From an uncultured Methylomirabilota bacterium (lineage in GTDB: Bacteria; Methylomirabilota; Methylomirabilia; Methylomirabilales; 2-02-FULL-66-22), in assembly GCA_963705305.1 (NCBI GenBank), contig OY970067.1, forward strand, positions 2,336,001-2,400,000: a stretch of DNA of 64,000 nucleotides, given 5' to 3'. Below the pieces are notes generated by a model. The model had not been told where the DNA came from, made no database searches, and saw nothing but the letters and a program-made list of their open reading frames with translations. Numbering within the stretch: position 1 is the stretch's first letter; every line of letters begins with the position of its first letter. A program made the translations under genes and the position numbers. Positions 29,553 through 39,009 of the stretch are shown in pieces.

Positions 29553-31283
29553 GTGGCGGTATCCGAATCAGAAACAGCCGGGGAGCAGCTTCAACTCCGA
29601 CGCGATGTCACCATCTGGGGCTCGTACATGTGGGGCTATGCGGATGTGGGGGCGGACATCTATGCAGCCCTGGGCCTCGTCATAGCGGCTGCCCAAGGGC
29701 TGGCGCCTGCCGCCTTTGCACTGGCCGGTGTCGTGTACATCATGATCGGCCTCGCGTACACGGAGCTGGCCTCGACCTATCCGGTCGCCGGGGGGGGACA
29801 CTACTTCACCCTCCGCGGCCTCGGCGATTTCTGGGGATTCGTGGCCGGCGCAGCCCTCCTCCTGGATTACACCATTGACATCGCGCTGTTTGCCGTGGCC
29901 TCGGCGGGGTACATCAACTTCTTTTCGCCGCCGCTCTTGGGCATCGACCTGCGCCAGGTCACATTGCGATCGCTCGGCCTGGTCTCGACGGGATTCTTGG
30001 CCAATCTTCCGATCGTCTGGGAGCTCCAAACGCTGGCCCTCATCGCCCTGTTGATCTACTTAAACATCCGAGGCGTGCGGGAGTCCTCCTTTCTCAACGA
30101 GTCCTTGGGGTGCGTGGATATCATTCTCGAGTCATCCGTCATCGCGTTCGGGTTTGTCCTGGCCTGGAACCCCCAACTGCTGGCCGCGCAGTGGAGCGAA
30201 GCCCTACGGACTGTTTCTCCCGCCAACTTCATGTACGGATCATCCCTCGCCATCATCTCGTTTGTGGGCCTGGAGAGCATCAGCCAGGCCGCACAGGAGA
30301 CGCGGCGGCCCGCGACCATCATCCCGCGGACTTCCATTTCTTTGATCTCCACCGTGTTCATTTTCGCGCTGGCGTTCTCGACCGTCACCCTGGGCATCAT
30401 GCCCTGGCACCAGGTCAGCGAGGCGGACCCGATTGCCCAGCTCGCCCAACGCATTCCGTACCTGGGGATCCTAGCCGGTCCCTTCGCCGCCGTCCTCGGG
30501 GCGACCATCCTCTTGATCAGCGCCAACACCGGGGTCATGGGCGCGAGCCGCCTCACCTATTCCATGAGCCAGCTGCACCTCGCCACGCGCTGGCTGGAGA
30601 AGGTGCACCCCCGATACCGGACGCCGGTGCGCACCATCGTGGTGTTCGGGGCCATGGGGGCGCTGGAAGCGGTCCTCGCCTTCTTCGCCTCGCGCGTGGG
30701 CCCCGACGGGACGCTCCAGAGCGGGGCGCTCGACACGCTGGGGAACATGTACGCCTTCGGCGCGACGCTCGGATATGCCCTGGTCTTCATCGCGCTCATC
30801 CGGCTCCGCATCGTGGACCCGTACTCCCCCCGCCCCTACCGGATGCCGGGCAACATCAAGCTCTCCTGGCGGGGCCAGACCGTCGACTTTCCGGTCCTCG
30901 GAGTGTTCGGATTGCTGGGCGTCTCCTTCATTTTGTTTGAAGTCATCTTGACGCACCAGATCGGGCGTATTGCAGGGCCGGCATGGGTTCTTCTCTGTAT
31001 CGGCTACTACCTCCTGTATCGGCGGAGCCAAAACCTGCCCCTGTATGGCGACGTGCCGCACGATTGGGAGCAGGAGCAGATCCGGGTCCTCACGTCCGCC
31101 GAGGAGTATGCCCTGGTCGCGCAGTATAAAGAGGCCCTGCGCCGCCGGGATCGCCAGCAGATGCGCCACGTGCCAGGGCCATCCGAGAACGGAAGAAACG
31201 CGATTCCGCGGAATAAGGAGGGTGGGAGCAATGGAGCCCCGTCGGCGACGGCTGCCGGCGCCGGAACGCTTCACCGGCGCTGA
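29553..31283 (+). CDS. APC superfamily permease (amino acid or K+ transporter)
   Basis: GYADVGADIYAALG, YTELASTYPVAGG, SFVGLESISQAAQE, GASRLTYSM, HPRYRTP; GTG after GGAGG. Confidence 0.9.
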   Translation: MAVSESETAGEQLQLRRDVTIWGSYMWGYADVGADIYAALGLVIAAAQGLAPAAFALAGVVYIMIGLAYTELASTYPVAGGGHYFTLRGLGDFWGFVAGAALLLDYTIDIALFAVASAGYINFFSPPLLGIDLRQVTLRSLGLVSTGFLANLPIVWELQTLALIALLIYLNIRGVRESSFLNESLGCVDIILESSVIAFGFVLAWNPQLLAAQWSEALRTVSPANFMYGSSLAIISFVGLESISQAAQETRRPATIIPRTSISLISTVFIFALAFSTVTLGIMPWHQVSEADPIAQLAQRIPYLGILAGPFAAVLGATILLISANTGVMGASRLTYSMSQLHLATRWLEKVHPRYRTPVRTIVVFGAMGALEAVLAFFASRVGPDGTLQSGALDTLGNMYAFGATLGYALVFIALIRLRIVDPYSPRPYRMPGNIKLSWRGQTVDFPVLGVFGLLGVSFILFEVILTHQIGRIAGPAWVLLCIGYYLLYRRSQNLPLYGDVPHDWEQEQIRVLTSAEEYALVAQYKEALRRRDRQQMRHVPGPSENGRNAIPRNKEGGSNGAPSATAAGAGTLHRR

Positions 31284-31479
31284 CCGGTATCGGATATTCC
31301 TCGGCGGCCTGGCCGTCCTGATCGGCTTCCTGATGGTGTACCGGATGCTGGCGGCAGACGCCGTGAGCGTGCCCGGCGGGCTCGCGGCCGCGGCCTTTCT
31401 CGTCTTCGGCGCGCACCGCCTGCATCTGGCCCGCACGCGGTACCGCGTCTTTCGCCAGGTGACCAGGAGAGAGCCATGA
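31231..31479 (+). CDS. Small two-TM hypothetical membrane protein (82 aa)
   Basis: ATG after AAGGAGGGTGGGAG, two hydrophobic segments, ATGA coupling to next gene. Confidence 0.6.
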   Translation: MEPRRRRLPAPERFTGADRYRIFLGGLAVLIGFLMVYRMLAADAVSVPGGLAAAAFLVFGAHRLHLARTRYRVFRQVTRREP

Positions 31480-32063
31480 TGAGCCCCACCGTGCAGCTGA
31501 GCCCGCTTGGCGTCATCCTGGCGCTGAGTTTCCTGTCGGCCATGACCTACCTGTTCCTCTGGATGTTTCGCGTGCCGCCATCACTGCCTGAGACGGTGGC
31601 CGTCGCCCAACAATCCGTGGCAGCTCTCCGACGGATCTTGGTGCCGGTGGTGGAGGCCATCCCCTCGACCCGGGCCGTGGAGATCGCCGCCCGCCTCGGG
31701 GAGACCCAGAAGGCGGAGCTCATCCTTGCCTTCGTGATCGAAGTGCCGTTAAGTCTGGCGCTGGTGACTCAGTTGACGGAGGTCGAGGCCCGCGGGCAGG
31801 CGGTCTTGGATGATGCAGCGCGATTGGCGGCCCAGCACGGGCTGCCCGTCGAACGACGCCTGGTCCGGCACCGCCAGGCGGCCGAAGGCATCCTGCAAGT
31901 CGCCAGGGACGAAGACGTTGATGCGATCATCCTCGGCGTGGGCGGCAAACGCCGCATCATCCCCAGCGACCTGGGGCGCACTATCGGCGAAATCATGCGT
32001 CGGGCGTCCTGCGAGGTGATCGTCGATCGGACCCCGATCCTGGCAGAGGGAGGCCAAGCATGA
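31476..32063 (+). CDS. Universal stress protein with N-terminal TM anchor
   Basis: RRILVPV, ILQVARDEDVDAIILG, LGRTIGEIMRRASCEVIV. Confidence 0.88.
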   Translation: MMSPTVQLSPLGVILALSFLSAMTYLFLWMFRVPPSLPETVAVAQQSVAALRRILVPVVEAIPSTRAVEIAARLGETQKAELILAFVIEVPLSLALVTQLTEVEARGQAVLDDAARLAAQHGLPVERRLVRHRQAAEGILQVARDEDVDAIILGVGGKRRIIPSDLGRTIGEIMRRASCEVIVDRTPILAEGGQA

Positions 32064-32470
32064 AAGTCATCATTCTCGGCTGCGGGCGGATGGGCAGCCG
32101 GGTTGCCGCCGACTTGGCCCGGGGGGGCCACCACGTCACAGTGATCGATCGGAACGCGGACGCGTTCCGTCGATTGGACCCGAACTTCGAGGGGGCCACC
32201 GTGGTGGGGACCGGCATTGACGAAGATGTGCTCCGAGCCGCCGGCATCGCCCAGGCGGATGCCTTCGTTGCCACCAGTGACAAGGATTCCACCAACATCA
32301 TGGCGGCCCAGGTGGCTCGAACCGTGTTCGGGGTGCCGAAGGTCCTCGTTCGGATATCCGATCCGAACCGGGTGGAGATCTACCGCCACCTCGGCCTCGA
32401 GCCCATTGCAACGACCACCGTCGGGGCTCAACTGGTCAAGCAGGCCTTGATTACCGGACAGCAGGAGTAA
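32060..32470 (+). CDS. trkA: TrkA/KtrA family protein, RCK_N only
   Basis: MKVIILGCGRMG, VTVIDRN, GTGIDEDVLRAAGI, 136 aa. Confidence 0.88.
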   Translation: MKVIILGCGRMGSRVAADLARGGHHVTVIDRNADAFRRLDPNFEGATVVGTGIDEDVLRAAGIAQADAFVATSDKDSTNIMAAQVARTVFGVPKVLVRISDPNRVEIYRHLGLEPIATTTVGAQLVKQALITGQQE

Positions 32471-32473
32471 TCC

Positions 32474-33145
32474 ATGTACATCATCGTGGTCGGCGGGGGC
32501 AAGGTCGGGTTCTATCTGGCCAAGAGCTTGCTGGCAGAGGGGCACGAGGTCGTGGTCGTCGAACGGGATCCCGGGAAGGTCGCCGTGCTTTCCCAGGCTC
32601 TGGAGACCGTCGTGCTCCAGGGGGACGGCTCCGACACGGTGATTATGGAGCAAGCCGGCATGCAGCGCGCCGCGGTGGTCGTGGCGGTGACCGGAGAGGA
32701 CGAGGACAACCTCGTGGTGTGCCAGGTGGCGAAGACGAAATATGCGGTCCCGCGGGCCATCGCACGGATTAACAACCCCAAGAATGAAGGAATCTTCAAG
32801 AAGCTCGGGATCGATGCGACCGTCAGCAGCACGGACGCCATCCTGTGCCAACTCGAGGCCCAGATTCCGGCTCACTCACTGGTGCATCTCCTGAGGCTGC
32901 GTGCGGCGGGCGCGTCCATCGTCGACGCCAAGCTCCCGCCGGACTCTCCGGCGATCGGGCTTCCCCTGCGAGATCTCGATCTGCCCAAAGATGCCACCAT
33001 TTCCCTGGTTGTCCGGGGCAACACCGCCGTGATCCCCCGTGGCGAGACGATCCTGCAGCCCGAGGATGATGTCATTGCCGTCGCCTCCGTGGACAGCGAG
33101 GAGGCCCTGCGAAAGCTTCTCATCGGACCCCGGCTACAGGATTAG
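32474..33145 (+). CDS. trkA: TrkA/KtrA family protein, RCK_N + RCK_C
   Basis: IIVVGGGKVG, GDGSD, VTGEDEDN, IARINNP, C-terminal IPRGETILQPED. Confidence 0.9.
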   Translation: MYIIVVGGGKVGFYLAKSLLAEGHEVVVVERDPGKVAVLSQALETVVLQGDGSDTVIMEQAGMQRAAVVVAVTGEDEDNLVVCQVAKTKYAVPRAIARINNPKNEGIFKKLGIDATVSSTDAILCQLEAQIPAHSLVHLLRLRAAGASIVDAKLPPDSPAIGLPLRDLDLPKDATISLVVRGNTAVIPRGETILQPEDDVIAVASVDSEEALRKLLIGPRLQD

Positions 33146-33323
33146 GCCCCGGTCCGGATGGGAAGCAGGCAGCAGAGGGGCGCGAGGATCTCCGCAGCCT
33201 CGAAAGTTCTCCGGGGGTGTGGCGCGGCAGACGGCCGGCGGAGGATGCGGAGTCCCGGAATTCGGGTCGGGGATGGGCCGACGGCGGAGACCAGAGGCAT
33301 AGGGGCGCGCGTTGCCGTGGCGG

Positions 33324-33992
33324 CTACTGCGCTACCAAGACTGTTCCCGCCGGTGTTATCCTGAGCACTTCCAGAGTCGGCACCGTCCAGGTGGCCTCCT
33401 CCAGACCCATCGCCCCCCGCCCGCGATTCACCGCCGCGACCGGCATCCCGGCTGCCCGGGCGGCGGCCACGCCGGCGGGGCTGTCCTCCAGAACCAGACA
33501 GGCGGCCGCCGGCAGGTCCAGGCGGCGGGCCGCTGCCAGGAACGGGTCGGGGGCCGGCTTGGCGCACCGGTAATCCTCGGCCGTGACCAGGGCATCGAAG
33601 CGGCGCGTCAAGCCGAGGCGGTTGAGGATGCGCTCCACTTCGGCGCGCCGCGACCCCGTGGCCACCGCCAGCCGGGTTCCGACCGGCAGCTGCCCAAGGA
33701 AGCGGAGGGCGTCCGGGAAGGCCGGCACCTCGTCGAGGCACGCTTCGTAGAGCGCGTTCCGTCGCAGCACGACCTGCCGGCCGTGGGCCTCGAAGCGGTC
33801 GCCCAGCAGATCGCGAAGCGCCGCCTCGTCGGTCCGGCCAAGCCAGGCCTGGATGAAGCGCCCCCAGGTGAGCGTCACCCCGACTTCGGCCAGCGCCTGC
33901 ACGCCCGCCCGGAAACGGACCGGCTCGCTGTCCACCAGCACGCCGTCGAAATCGAAGAGGACGGCCCGAATCGAGGCCTCGGGTACGCTCAC
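33324..33992 (-). CDS. HAD family phosphatase (beta-PGM-like)
   Basis: FDFDGVLVDSE, AVATGS, KPAPD, LEDSPAG; GTGA overlap with upstream gene. Confidence 0.9.
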   Translation of the reverse strand: MSVPEASIRAVLFDFDGVLVDSEPVRFRAGVQALAEVGVTLTWGRFIQAWLGRTDEAALRDLLGDRFEAHGRQVVLRRNALYEACLDEVPAFPDALRFLGQLPVGTRLAVATGSRRAEVERILNRLGLTRRFDALVTAEDYRCAKPAPDPFLAAARRLDLPAAACLVLEDSPAGVAAARAAGMPVAAVNRGRGAMGLEEATWTVPTLEVLRITPAGTVLVAQ

Positions 33993-35113
33993 AAGTCCAC
34001 CCAACGTCGCTCCCGGGCGGCCAGGTCGACGGCGTCCACGACCCGCTGCGCTTCGGCGCCATCCCGGAAGGTGGGATAGTCCTGCGTCTCCCCACGGAGA
34101 GCTCTGAGAAAAGCCACCCCCTGGTCCAGCTTGTATCCCAGCAGGGGATCGTCCGCACGGGGATTCCGGGGGGAACCGGGATACTTGCGGAGGTCCAGCG
34201 GCACCTCGGCCCGGACCCACTGCTGGGTGCGCGTCATGGCCGGCCCCAAGCTGAACTGCAGCTCGAACGGCTGCGTCAGCTCGTAGACGGCCGCTCCGCC
34301 CGTTCCGTGGACCTCGATGGACTGGTAGTTCTGCCGGCCCCTCCCGCCGCGGCCGGCCACGGCCCGGTTGAAGTCGAAGGTTCCAATGGCCCCGTTCCGG
34401 AACTCCACGGTGAAGGCGCAGGCATCCTCGGCGTCCACCGGCACCATCCCGGTTCCGGTGGGGCTCGGGCGCTCGCGAACGTACAGCCGGCTCACGGCGC
34501 ACACGGCCGCGATATCCCCCAGCAGATACCGGGCGAAGTCGATCCCATGCGAGGCCATGTCCGCCAGGATCCCGGAGCCGCCGTGGGCGCGCTGGTTCCG
34601 CCAGGCGGCGGGCGCGGCCGGGTCCAGCATGAAATCGGTGAAGTAGGAGAGCCGCCAGTGGCGGATCTCGCCGAAGTGGCCTTCGCCGACCAGCCGCTTC
34701 AGGTACCGTAGGGCCGGGACGAACCGGAAGGTGAAGGCCACCATGTGGACGAGCCCCGTGCGCTCGACTGCCGCCAAGAGGTCGCGCGCCTCGGCAAAAT
34801 TCAGCCCCAAGGGCTTCTCGCACAGGATGTGCTTCCCCGCCGCGATGGCCGCCCCGGCCACGGCGGCCGTGAGGTCGCTGGGGGGGCAGACCACCACCGC
34901 GTCCACATCCGGATCGGCCAAGAGTGCCCGCCAGTTGGGGTGCACCCGGGGGATGTCCCACCGCTTGGCAAAGGTCCGGGCCGCGGCCTCCAGGCGGGAG
35001 GCGACGGCGAAGACGTCGCAGAGATCCGGGCAGAGCTTCAGTGAGGGCACGTGGACCATGTCGGCGATATGGCCGGTGCCGATCACGCCCACACGAATCT
35101 TAATCTGGCTCAT
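33989..35113 (-). CDS. Gfo/Idh/MocA family oxidoreductase
   Basis: VGVIGTGHIA, GKHILCEKP, GGSGILADMASHGID. Confidence 0.92.
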   Translation of the reverse strand: MSQIKIRVGVIGTGHIADMVHVPSLKLCPDLCDVFAVASRLEAAARTFAKRWDIPRVHPNWRALLADPDVDAVVVCPPSDLTAAVAGAAIAAGKHILCEKPLGLNFAEARDLLAAVERTGLVHMVAFTFRFVPALRYLKRLVGEGHFGEIRHWRLSYFTDFMLDPAAPAAWRNQRAHGGSGILADMASHGIDFARYLLGDIAAVCAVSRLYVRERPSPTGTGMVPVDAEDACAFTVEFRNGAIGTFDFNRAVAGRGGRGRQNYQSIEVHGTGGAAVYELTQPFELQFSLGPAMTRTQQWVRAEVPLDLRKYPGSPRNPRADDPLLGYKLDQGVAFLRALRGETQDYPTFRDGAEAQRVVDAVDLAARERRWVDL

Positions 35114-35533
35114 GCGAATGCTCCTCTCCCGCCGGCACCCGGCGCGCGCGAGTGTTCTTGCGGCGACGGCAAGTCCGGGCGATCAGCTAGCCGCCTGCTT
35201 CATACCACAGCCCCGATCGGATGGCAAAGGCGGGTGAGTCCCCAGTGGCGCGGGCCGCCCCGCCTCGCTCGACACGGGGGAGCCGCGGGGTGGACAAGCG
35301 CGGGTTAATCGCGCACTATAGCAGCGGAGCTATCCACATCATCCGGCGTGGCGCATGCGGCGTCAGGGTGCAATCGGACCGGCTGAATCTTCGCTTCTTT
35401 TTCCATTTCGGTCGGGTGAGTTCTCTCGATGGCGGTTCGGTGCTCTGCAGGGGTGTGGTGCGTATTCGTCCGCCGGGGACGTCCCACCCGCGTTCTGTCG
35501 GCTCCTCCGCCCCTCCCTCGCGACTGATACCCC

Positions 35534-37159
35534 ATGGGCCAGACACATCCTCTTGCCTATCCGGGAAGTCCAACCGTGGTGCCTCCAGTGCCCGCTCCGG
35601 AGGCCGCGAGAGCGCGGCCAGACACCAATCGCTGGCTGATCGCCCTGACCATGACGATCGGTACCTTCATGGTCGTGATGGACATCAGCGTGGTCAACGT
35701 CGCGCTTCCGTATATGATCGGGAACTTCGGCCAGAGCCTCTCGTCCATCACCTGGGTGGCCACGAGTTACAGCATCGCCGAGATCATCATGCTGACCATG
35801 GCGGGGTGGTGGACGGCCTTGCTGGGACGGAAACGGCTCTACCTGGCCTCTTACGCGCTCTTCACGGCGGGGTCCATCCTGGCGGGGACCTCCCAGAGCT
35901 TCACCCAGATGCTGGTCTACCGCACCATCCAGGGCATGGGCGGCGGCAGCCTGATCCCGCTGTCCCTGGCCATCCTGCGGGAGACGTTCCCGCCGGCCGA
36001 GCAGGGGATAGCCATGGGGGTCTACAGCATGGGGGTGGTGGTGGCGCCCGCGCTGGGTCCGGTCGTGGGCGGATACCTCACGGATCGGTTCGGCTGGCCG
36101 TGGATCTTCTACATCAATGTTCCCTTCAGCATCCTCGGCATGTTCCTGGTCTCCGCCCTGATCCACGATCCCCCCTACCTGCGGCGCGGGGTCGGGCGGG
36201 TCGACTGGACGGGGATCGCCCTCCTGACAGTGGGGCTCACCGGGCTCCAGGTGGTGTTGGAGCGGGGCGAGCAGTACGGCTGGTTCGAGTCCCGCTGGAT
36301 CGTGGAGGCCAGCGTGGTCACCGGGTTGGCCCTGGTCCTCCTGGTGGTGTGGGAGTTCCTGGCGCGCTCCCCGGTGGTGGACCTCCGCCTCCTTCGCGAC
36401 ATCGCCCTGAGCGTGGGGTCCGCCATGGGGCTGATCTTCGGCGTGGCCCTCTACGGCACGACCTTCGTGCTGCCCGAGTTCACGCAGACCCTGCTGGGAT
36501 ACACGGCCTTCGATGCGGGGCTGGTTCTCCTGCCGCGCGCCCTGGTCATCTTCATCCTCAACCCCGTGGTGGGGTGGCTGTATAATCATGTGGACGCCCG
36601 CTGGCTCATCGTGTTCGGATCCGTGGTCGTCTTCGAGGGGTACCGCGAGCTGGCGCAGCTCTCCCTGGCGGCGGCCTTCTGGAACATGGTGCCCGCCATG
36701 GTCCTGCTGGGCACCGGGATGCCCTTTCTGTTCGTGCCCATGACCACGGTCTCCGTCTCCACGGTCTCCCGGGAGGATGTCACGTCCGCCTCCGCCCTGT
36801 ACACGCTGGCGCGGCGGGTCGGGGGAAACATCGGCTACGCCCTGGTGGCAACCCTGGTGGACAGCCGGTCGCAGTTCCATCGCGCGCGCCTGGGCGCCAA
36901 CATCAGCGCGCTGAACCCGACGTTCCGGCAGTTCGACTCCGGCCTGATCGCCATCCTCAAGGATCGCGGAGTGGGTGCCGCCCAGGCGCCCCAGAAGGCG
37001 CTGGGGCTGATCGACCAGCTGTTGAACCAACACGCCGCCATGCTGGCCTACAACAACGTCTCCTGGCTGTTCGGGATCATCTTCCTGGTCGCGATGCCGC
37101 TGGTCCTGTTGCTTCCGGGGCGAAGCCGGACGGCTCGCCGATCCCGGGCCGCCAATTGA
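35534..37159 (+). CDS. DHA2 (EmrB/QacA) 14-TM MFS efflux permease
   Basis: MDISVVNVALP, WVATSY, RTIQGMGGG, APALGPVVGG, WPWIFYINVP. Confidence 0.92.
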   Translation: MGQTHPLAYPGSPTVVPPVPAPEAARARPDTNRWLIALTMTIGTFMVVMDISVVNVALPYMIGNFGQSLSSITWVATSYSIAEIIMLTMAGWWTALLGRKRLYLASYALFTAGSILAGTSQSFTQMLVYRTIQGMGGGSLIPLSLAILRETFPPAEQGIAMGVYSMGVVVAPALGPVVGGYLTDRFGWPWIFYINVPFSILGMFLVSALIHDPPYLRRGVGRVDWTGIALLTVGLTGLQVVLERGEQYGWFESRWIVEASVVTGLALVLLVVWEFLARSPVVDLRLLRDIALSVGSAMGLIFGVALYGTTFVLPEFTQTLLGYTAFDAGLVLLPRALVIFILNPVVGWLYNHVDARWLIVFGSVVVFEGYRELAQLSLAAAFWNMVPAMVLLGTGMPFLFVPMTTVSVSTVSREDVTSASALYTLARRVGGNIGYALVATLVDSRSQFHRARLGANISALNPTFRQFDSGLIAILKDRGVGAAQAPQKALGLIDQLLNQHAAMLAYNNVSWLFGIIFLVAMPLVLLLPGRSRTARRSRAAN

Positions 37160-37262
37160 ATCCGCAGAGCGCAGTGCAACCGCAGAGCACGCGAAGACCG
37201 CGGCGGTGAGAGTTCCGGGCTGAGCCTCACGGGGAGGGCGGCGGGAGGCAGGGGAGATTGCC

Positions 37263-38339
37263 ATGGCCATCGTGACGGTCGTGGGCGCCGGGATGATGGG
37301 CACCGCCATCGCCTATCCCCTGGCGGACAACGGCCACAGCGTGCGCCTGGTGGGCACGCACCTGGACGCCGAGATCATCCAGCACTGCCGGGACCAGGGA
37401 GTTCATCCGCGGCTCCGGCGAGCACTGCCGCCGGGAGTCCGCCCGTTCTTCATCGAGGAGCTGGCGGGGGCCCTGGACGGGGCCGAGATCATCGTCAGCG
37501 GGGTGAACTCCCTGGGGGTGCGCTGGATCGGACGGAGGCTGGCGCCGCATCTTCGTCCAGGGCAGGCAATCATCGCCGTCACCAAAGGCCTGGAGATCTC
37601 GGCCGAGGGAGAGCCGGCCATCCTTCCCGACGTCTTGGCCGGCGAGCTGCCGGAAAGCGTTCGGGCTGAGATCGGCCTGGCGGCGATCGGGGGGCCGTGC
37701 ATCGCGGGGGAGCTGGCGGCCCGCCGCGAAAGCTGCGTCGTCTTTGCCTCTCGTGACGGCCGGCTGGTCGAGGGGTTGGCGGCGGTGTTCCGCACTGCCT
37801 ACTACCATGTCTGGACCACCACCAACCTGGTGGGTCTGGAGTACTGCGCCGCGCTGAAGAACGCCTACGCGGTGGCCGTCGGCCTGGTGCTGGGGATGCT
37901 CGAGCGAGCCGGGGGGCCGGATCCCGCCGGAGCGCACATGCACAACCTGGCGGCCGCCGTCTTCGGCCAGGCCTGCACCGAGATCGCGCGGGTGCTGGAG
38001 GTGGTGGGAGCGCCGCGCCATCTCGCCTCTGGGCTGCCGGGGGCCGGGGATCTGTACGTCACCTGCCAGGGCGGCCGCACGGTGCGGTTCGGCAGCCTGC
38101 TCGGGATGGGCAAGAGCGTCCGCGAGGCTCGCGAGATCATGGCGGGCGCGACGCTGGAGGGGGCGGAGATCATTCGCGGCATGGCGCGCCTCCTTCCCCG
38201 CCTGGCGGAACAGGGCCGCCTCGGTCCGGACGAGCTCCCGTTGATGCTATTCCTCATCGACGTTCTGGTCCGCGGCCGCCCGCCGGAGCCTTGGCTGGAC
38301 CGTTTCTTCGGCGGGGCGGACATGGGGCATAGAGCATAG
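37263..38339 (+). CDS. gpsA: NAD(P)H-dependent glycerol-3-phosphate dehydrogenase (divergent)
   Basis: VVGAGMMG, VTKGL, GGPCIAGE, ALKNAYA, GAGDLYVTC, TLEG. Confidence 0.82.
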   Translation: MAIVTVVGAGMMGTAIAYPLADNGHSVRLVGTHLDAEIIQHCRDQGVHPRLRRALPPGVRPFFIEELAGALDGAEIIVSGVNSLGVRWIGRRLAPHLRPGQAIIAVTKGLEISAEGEPAILPDVLAGELPESVRAEIGLAAIGGPCIAGELAARRESCVVFASRDGRLVEGLAAVFRTAYYHVWTTTNLVGLEYCAALKNAYAVAVGLVLGMLERAGGPDPAGAHMHNLAAAVFGQACTEIARVLEVVGAPRHLASGLPGAGDLYVTCQGGRTVRFGSLLGMGKSVREAREIMAGATLEGAEIIRGMARLLPRLAEQGRLGPDELPLMLFLIDVLVRGRPPEPWLDRFFGGADMGHRA

Positions 38340-38400
38340 CGCATGGAGCGGGGCATTGGCCCCACCCTCTGGCCCTATGCCCCATGCCTTGGGCGCCATG
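38321..38400. repeat. Inverted pair of heptamer tandem arrays (CATRGNG type)
   Basis: CATGGGG-CATAGAG-CATAGCG-CATGGAG (38321-38348) and CCCTATG-CCCCATG-CCTTGGG-CGCCATG (38373-38400). Confidence 0.75.
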
Positions 38401-38448
38401 CCAGAACGGCACGTCCTGACCACACCACAGAAAGGCGGGTCGAGAGCC

Positions 38449-38961
38449 ATGACAAAGATGATCTACAGCGGCCGGGTGGTCACCCTGACTCTGGAGACGG
38501 TCCGCCTGCCCAACGGCGAGACGGTCGACCTGGAGATCGTCCACCACCCGGGGGCGGCCGCCATCGTGCCGATGAAGGACGAGCGGACGGTGCTGCTCAT
38601 CCGGCAGTACCGTCACGCCGCCGGCGGCTACATTCTGGAGATCCCCGCCGGGACGCTCCGGCCGGGGGAGGAGCCGGGAGCCTGCGCGGCCCGGGAGCTG
38701 GAGGAGGAGATCGGCTATCGCGCCACCCGGCTGGAGCACCTGGCCAGCTTCCTCACCACCCCGGGATTCTCGGACGAGGTCCTGCACGCCTACCGGGCGA
38801 CCGGCCTCACGGCCGGCCGGCAGCACCTCGATCGGGACGAGGTCCTGGAGATCGTGGAGATGCCGCTAGAGGAGGCCCTCCGGCGGATCGCCGACGGCAC
38901 CATCCGGGACGGCAAGAGCATCGTCGGCCTCCAGGCAGTGGCGCTGCGCGGGCGGACCTGA
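38449..38961 (+). CDS. Nudix hydrolase, ADP-ribose pyrophosphatase-like
   Basis: HPGAAAIVP, IRQYR, Nudix box EIPAGTLRPGEEPGACAARELEEEIG, IRDGKS. Confidence 0.9.
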   Translation: MTKMIYSGRVVTLTLETVRLPNGETVDLEIVHHPGAAAIVPMKDERTVLLIRQYRHAAGGYILEIPAGTLRPGEEPGACAARELEEEIGYRATRLEHLASFLTTPGFSDEVLHAYRATGLTAGRQHLDRDEVLEIVEMPLEEALRRIADGTIRDGKSIVGLQAVALRGRT

Positions 38962-39009
38962 CGGCCCCGCGATCCAGCCGGCCGTGGCCCGATGCGCGCG
39001 CGGCCGCTG

